Assembly: GCA_964016885.1 (NCBI GenBank)
Contig: OZ024745.1
Span: 73,904,001-73,968,000 of the forward strand
Direction: 5' to 3'
Source: Eledone cirrhosa
Lineage: Eukaryota
Length of the DNA stretch: 64,000 nucleotides
The translations under genes were made by a program, and so were the position numbers. How positions within the stretch are numbered: the first letter of the stretch is position 1; the number at the start of each line of letters is the position of its first letter. Positions 59,241 to 64,000 of the stretch are shown in pieces. A model generated the notes under the pieces. It was not told where the DNA came from and searched no databases. It saw only the letters and a list, made by a program, of their open reading frames with translations.

Positions 59241-59859
59241 TGTTTGAAGCGCAATTTTATTTCTTTTCTCTCTCACTCTCTCTCTCTATATATATATACA
59301 TATATATATACGTGTGTGTCTGTGTCTGTGTGTGTATCTGTGTGTGTGTGTGTGTGTGTGTATCTGAGTGAGTCTGTGTGGATTATTAGTGTGTATGTGC
59401 GTTTATATATACTGGTTCACCAACTTGAAACTCGATGCATAGGTAGGTCCTGTTAAGTATAGTATGTGGTGTTATACATTCGGTGTTATACTACGGTCGG
59501 TTTCCTTCATAAGCAGTGTGTTATATAATAATTGTTTCTACTTTAGGCACTAGGCCAGCAATTACCCAGTGCATTACTGGTACTTTATTTTAACGACCCT
59601 GTAATTCTTCTTGCTTCCATTTGTTGCGGCTCCCGCCATGCAAAAATCGTTCAATCTATCAGGATTATCCACCGTAAGTATCTTTAAATTAACGCTCACC
59701 ATATTCAGCAAACCTTGTATGCCGATTCTTCTATTTCTTATATAAGGACTATCAAGACTATACCGCTGCGCATCATCCTGTATTGCGCCCAGTCTTCTCA
59801 AGCGATCATCGAGTCTCCATACCCTCTCTTCTTTCCCGTGGTCCCACTACCGTAGTATA

Positions 59860-60452
59860 ATGAGGCATCCGTCAACCCCTGCCCTCTATCTTCCCTGCAC
59901 GCCGTCGACCCACTGCATCGTTGTGCATCACGATGCGCATCTCTGCCCTGTCAGCCGCAATTCATTCCCCGACCCTTTCCATTGCCTACCCGCCGTGATC
60001 GCTAAGGACTGCCACGGCTCAACATGCCGAATCCCTGCCACCGTCCACCCCTGCCCATTTCCATTGCCTACACTCCATGACAGCTCAAGACTTCCATGCC
60101 TGACCAAGCCGCATCCCTTCCACCTTCAACACCTGCCCTCTCCCTTCCCTGCACGCCGTCGTCCCACTGCATCGTCATGCCTCACCATGCCGTCTTACTG
60201 CCCTGTTGGCCACCATGCCCTCCCCTGCCCTCTCCCTTACCCGCACGCCTTGGTCCTTCACGAGTGCCATGGTTCACCATGCGGAATCCCTGCAACTGTC
60301 AATCCTGGCCATCTCGCTTCCCTGCACGCCGTCGAACCATCGAATCGTTATGCCTCACCATGCCGCATCCATGATCTGTCAGCCGCCATCCCCTCCTCAG
60401 CCCTTTATTTTGCCTGCCCGCCGTGCTCCTTCAAGACTGCCATGCCACCCAG
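59860..60452 (+). repeat. Degenerate C-rich tandem repeat (CCTGCACGCCGTCG...ATGCCTCACCATGCCG)
   Basis: The motif recurs near 59894, 60148 and 60321. Confidence 0.65.
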
Positions 60453-63400
60453 CCCCAAATAAAAAAACTGTCCAGCCCCCACCCCACCCCCAAATAAAAA
60501 AACGGACCCCCACCCATCCCCCAAATAAAAAACGGGCCCCCTCCATCCCACCCCCCAAATAAAATACGGATCCCACCCCCACCCCCAAATAAAAAACGGA
60601 CCCACAAATAAAAAACGGACTCCCCAAATAAAAAACGGATCCCCCCAAATAAAAACCGCATCCCACCACGCCCGCCCAAATAAATAACGTACCCCCCAAA
60701 ACGGACCCTCCCACCCCACCCCCAAATAAAAAACGGAGCCCCAAATAAAATACGGACACTCCCTAATAAAAAACGGATCCCCCTAAATGAAAGAACGGAC
60801 CCCTTACCCCAAAATATAAAACGGACCCCCAAATAAAAAACGTACACCCACCCCACCCCCAAATAAAAAAACGTACCCCCACCCCACCACCAAATAAAAA
60901 ACGGACCCCCAAATAAAAAAACGGATCCGCCCAAATAAACAACAGACCCCCACCCCCAAATAAAAAAACGACACCTCCACCCAAATAAAAAACGGACCCC
61001 CACCCCCAAATAAAAAACGGACACCCCAAATAAAGAAACGGACCACTCACACCCGAATAAAAAACGGACAACCCCCACCCCCAAATAAAAAACGGATCCC
61101 TCACCCTACCCCCAAAGAAAAAAACGTACCCCCAAATAAAAAAGGACCCCCACCCCACCTCCAAATAGAAAACGGACCCCCAAATAAAAAACCGGAGGCC
61201 CACCCCATCCCCAAATAAAAAAATTGACGACACCCCACCCCATACCCAAATGAAAAACGGGCCCCCAAATAAAAAACGGATCACCCATTGGAGGGATCCA
61301 TTTTTTATTTGGAGATATCCATTTTTTATTTGGGTGATTCATTTTTTTATCGGGGTATTCGTTTTTTATTGAGGGGTCTGTTTTTTATTTGAGTGTGGGG
61401 GTAAAACATGGATCCCCTCAATAAAAAACGGAATACCCCGATAAAAAAAAATGGAACACCCAAATAAAAAATGGATCACCCAAATAAAAAATGGATCCCT
61501 CCAAGTAAAAAATGGACCCCACCCAATAAAAAATGGATCCTCTCGATAAAAAACGGAATACCTCTATAAAAAAATGGATCACCCAAATAAAAAATGGATC
61601 CCTCCAATAAAAAAAATGGATCACCCAAATAAAAATGGATCACGCAAATAAAAAATGGATCACATGAATAAAAATTGGATCAACCAAATAAAAAATGGAT
61701 CACCCAAATAAAAAATGGATCCCTCCAAATAAAAAAACGGACCCCACCCAAAAAAACATGGATCCCCTCAATAAAAAACGGAATACCCCGATAAAAAAAA
61801 TGGATCACCCAAATAAAAAATGGATCACCCAATTAAAAAATGGATCACCCAAATAAAATATGGATCACCAAAATAAAAAATGGATCACCCAAATAAAAAA
61901 AAAGATCACTCAAATAAAAAACGGACCCCACCCCCATATAAAAAACAGGTCCGCCCCCCCCAAAACGTACGACCAAATAAAAAACGTACCCCCCACCCCA
62001 CCTCCAAATAGAAAACGGACCCCCAAATAAAAAACCGGACGCCCACCCCATCCCCAAATAAAAAAATGAACGACCCACAACCCCACACCCAAATGAAAAA
62101 CGGATCCCCCAAATAAAAAACGGACGCCCCCACACCCAAATAAAACACAGACCCTCCCATCCCCAAATAAAAAAACGGACCCCCCACACCCAAATAAAAA
62201 ACAGACCCTCCCATCCCCAAATAAAAAACGGATCCCCCAAATAAAAAACGGATCCCCAAATAAAAAACGGACACCCCACTCCCAAATGAATAACGGACCC
62301 CCAATGAAAAACGTACCCCCCCAATAAAAAACGGACCACCTCTGCCCACCCATAAATAAAAACGGACCCACACGACCCACCCAAATAAAAAAAACGGTCC
62401 ACCCCTCTCTACCCATAAATAAAAAAACGTTTCTTTTTTGAGGATGGGGGATCCGTTTTTTTATTTGGAGGGATCCGTTTTTTATTTGTGGAGGGGAGTC
62501 CGTTTTTTATTTGGGGTTGGGGTGGGGTCTGATTTTTATTTTCGGGGATCCGTTTTTTATTTGGGGGGATCCGTTTATCATTTGGAGGTCGGTTTTTTAT
62601 TTGGCGATGGGGTGTCCGTTTTTCATTTGGGTGTGGGATGGGTGTGATCCATTTTTTTATTTTGGGATGGGGTGGGGTGTCCGGATTTTGGGGGTCCGTT
62701 TTTTATTTATGGGTGGGGTGGTGCGTTTTTTATTTTGGGGGGTTCCGTTTTTTATTTGGTGGTGGGCTGTCCATTTTTTTTTTGGGGGGGGGGGGGGGTA
62801 CGTATTTTATTTGGGTGTGTGGTGGGGTGGTTCGTTTTTTATTTGGGGGTGTCCGTTTTTTATTTTGGGGTGGGGTGGGGGGTTCGTTTTTATTTGGGGG
62901 TGGGGTGGGGGCATCCATTCTTTTCATTTGGGGTTGAGGAGGTCCGTTTTTTATTTAGGGGGATCCGTTTTTTATTTGGGGGTCCGTTTTTTATTTGGGG
63001 GTACGATTTTATTTGGGGAGGGTGGGGGATCCGGTTTTTATTTGGGGGACCGTTTTTTATTTGGTGGTGGGGGTCCGTTTATTATTTGGAGTGGGTTGGG
63101 GGGTACGTATTTTATTTGGGGGGTTCCGTTTTTTATTTTACGTAACCCCCACCCTCCCCAAATAAAAAACCATTCGCCCAAAACAAAAAACGGACCCTCA
63201 ACGCCCCACACCCCAAATAAAAAACGGACACCCAAATAAAAAACGGACCCCCACCCCACCCCAAATAAAAAAACGGATCACCCCACCCCACCCCAAAGAA
63301 AAAACGTACCCCCCAAATAAAATACGGACTCTCCAAATAAAAAACGGAAGCCTCCACACCCTAATAAAAAACAGACCCTCCCATGCCCAAATAAAAAAAC

Positions 63401-63855
63401 CGACCCCCCCACCCCACCCCCAAATAAAAACGGACACCCCAAATAAAAAACGGACACCCCACACCCAAATAAAAAACAGACCCTCCCATCCCCAAATAAA
63501 AAACGGATCCCCCAATTAAAAAACTGACCTCCAAATGAAAAACGGACCCCCAATAAAAAAACGAACCCCCCAAATAAAAAAACGGACCACCCCTCTCCAC
63601 CCATAAAGAAAAAACGGACCCACACCACCCACCCGCCCAAATAAAGAAACGGAACACCAAATAAAAAACGTATCACCCCAAATAGCAAACGGACGCCCCC
63701 ACATCCAAAGAAAAAAACGTACCCCCAATTAAAAAATGGACCCCCAAATATAAAACGGATTCCTCCAAATAAAAAACGGGTCCCCCACACTCAAATAAAA
63801 AAACACACCCTCCCATCCCCAAATAAAAAACGGACACCCCATCACACCCCCAAAT
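60453..63855. repeat. About 3.4-kb variable minisatellite CCCAAATAAAAAACGGA(C)n with inverted blocks
   Basis: Orientation flips at about 61287-61402 and 62430-63140. An AAATGGATCACCC sub-array spans 61460-61910. Confidence 0.95.
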
Positions 63856-64000
63856 CACCCTGCTTTAAAAATCAACTGAAAATTCAATTTCAAGTGAATT
63901 TGACTTCCGTCAGTCGTACGAAGAACAATTTCAACGATACACTGTGTACCTACAATTGATCCATTATTTATGCTCAATTACACACTTGCTCTACTAACCT

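Noticed and set aside
59860-60462. 200-aa Pro/Cys/His-rich ORF
   Set aside because: It arises from a degenerate C-rich tandem repeat and has no recognisable domain.
60397-63858. Gly/Phe/Trp-rich ORFs
   Set aside because: They are translations of the minisatellite in multiple frames.

Overview
This is AT-rich animal genomic DNA, dense in microsatellites; the repeat style suggests a cephalopod such as Octopus (inference). I can support no intact host protein-coding gene, rRNA, tRNA gene or CRISPR array, and nearly all ORFs in the track are translated microsatellites. The window is a mosaic of Penelope-like element (PLE) remnants with GIY-YIG and RT fragments, Tx1/L1, RTE, L2/CR1, mariner, hAT and Helitron fragments, tRNA-derived SINEs, and several tandem repeats. 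The main hidden signal is about 20 type I hammerhead ribozyme (HHR) motifs on both strands, from roughly ten sequence families, most with a family-specific palindromic stem III. Many sit in short, asymmetric palindromic insertions within (TA)n tracts. Two non-coding elements stand out as retrozyme-like. The first is a ~325-bp tandem unit (38.4-38.9 kb and 58.8-59.2 kb) with stem II covariation, a 64-bp invariant octamer/PSE-like/TATA block, and one copy that starts exactly at the predicted self-cleavage site. The second is a 450-bp terminally redundant unit (37.4-37.9 kb) with a full canonical GUC hammerhead. All structures were folded by eye and coordinates may be off by a few bases.
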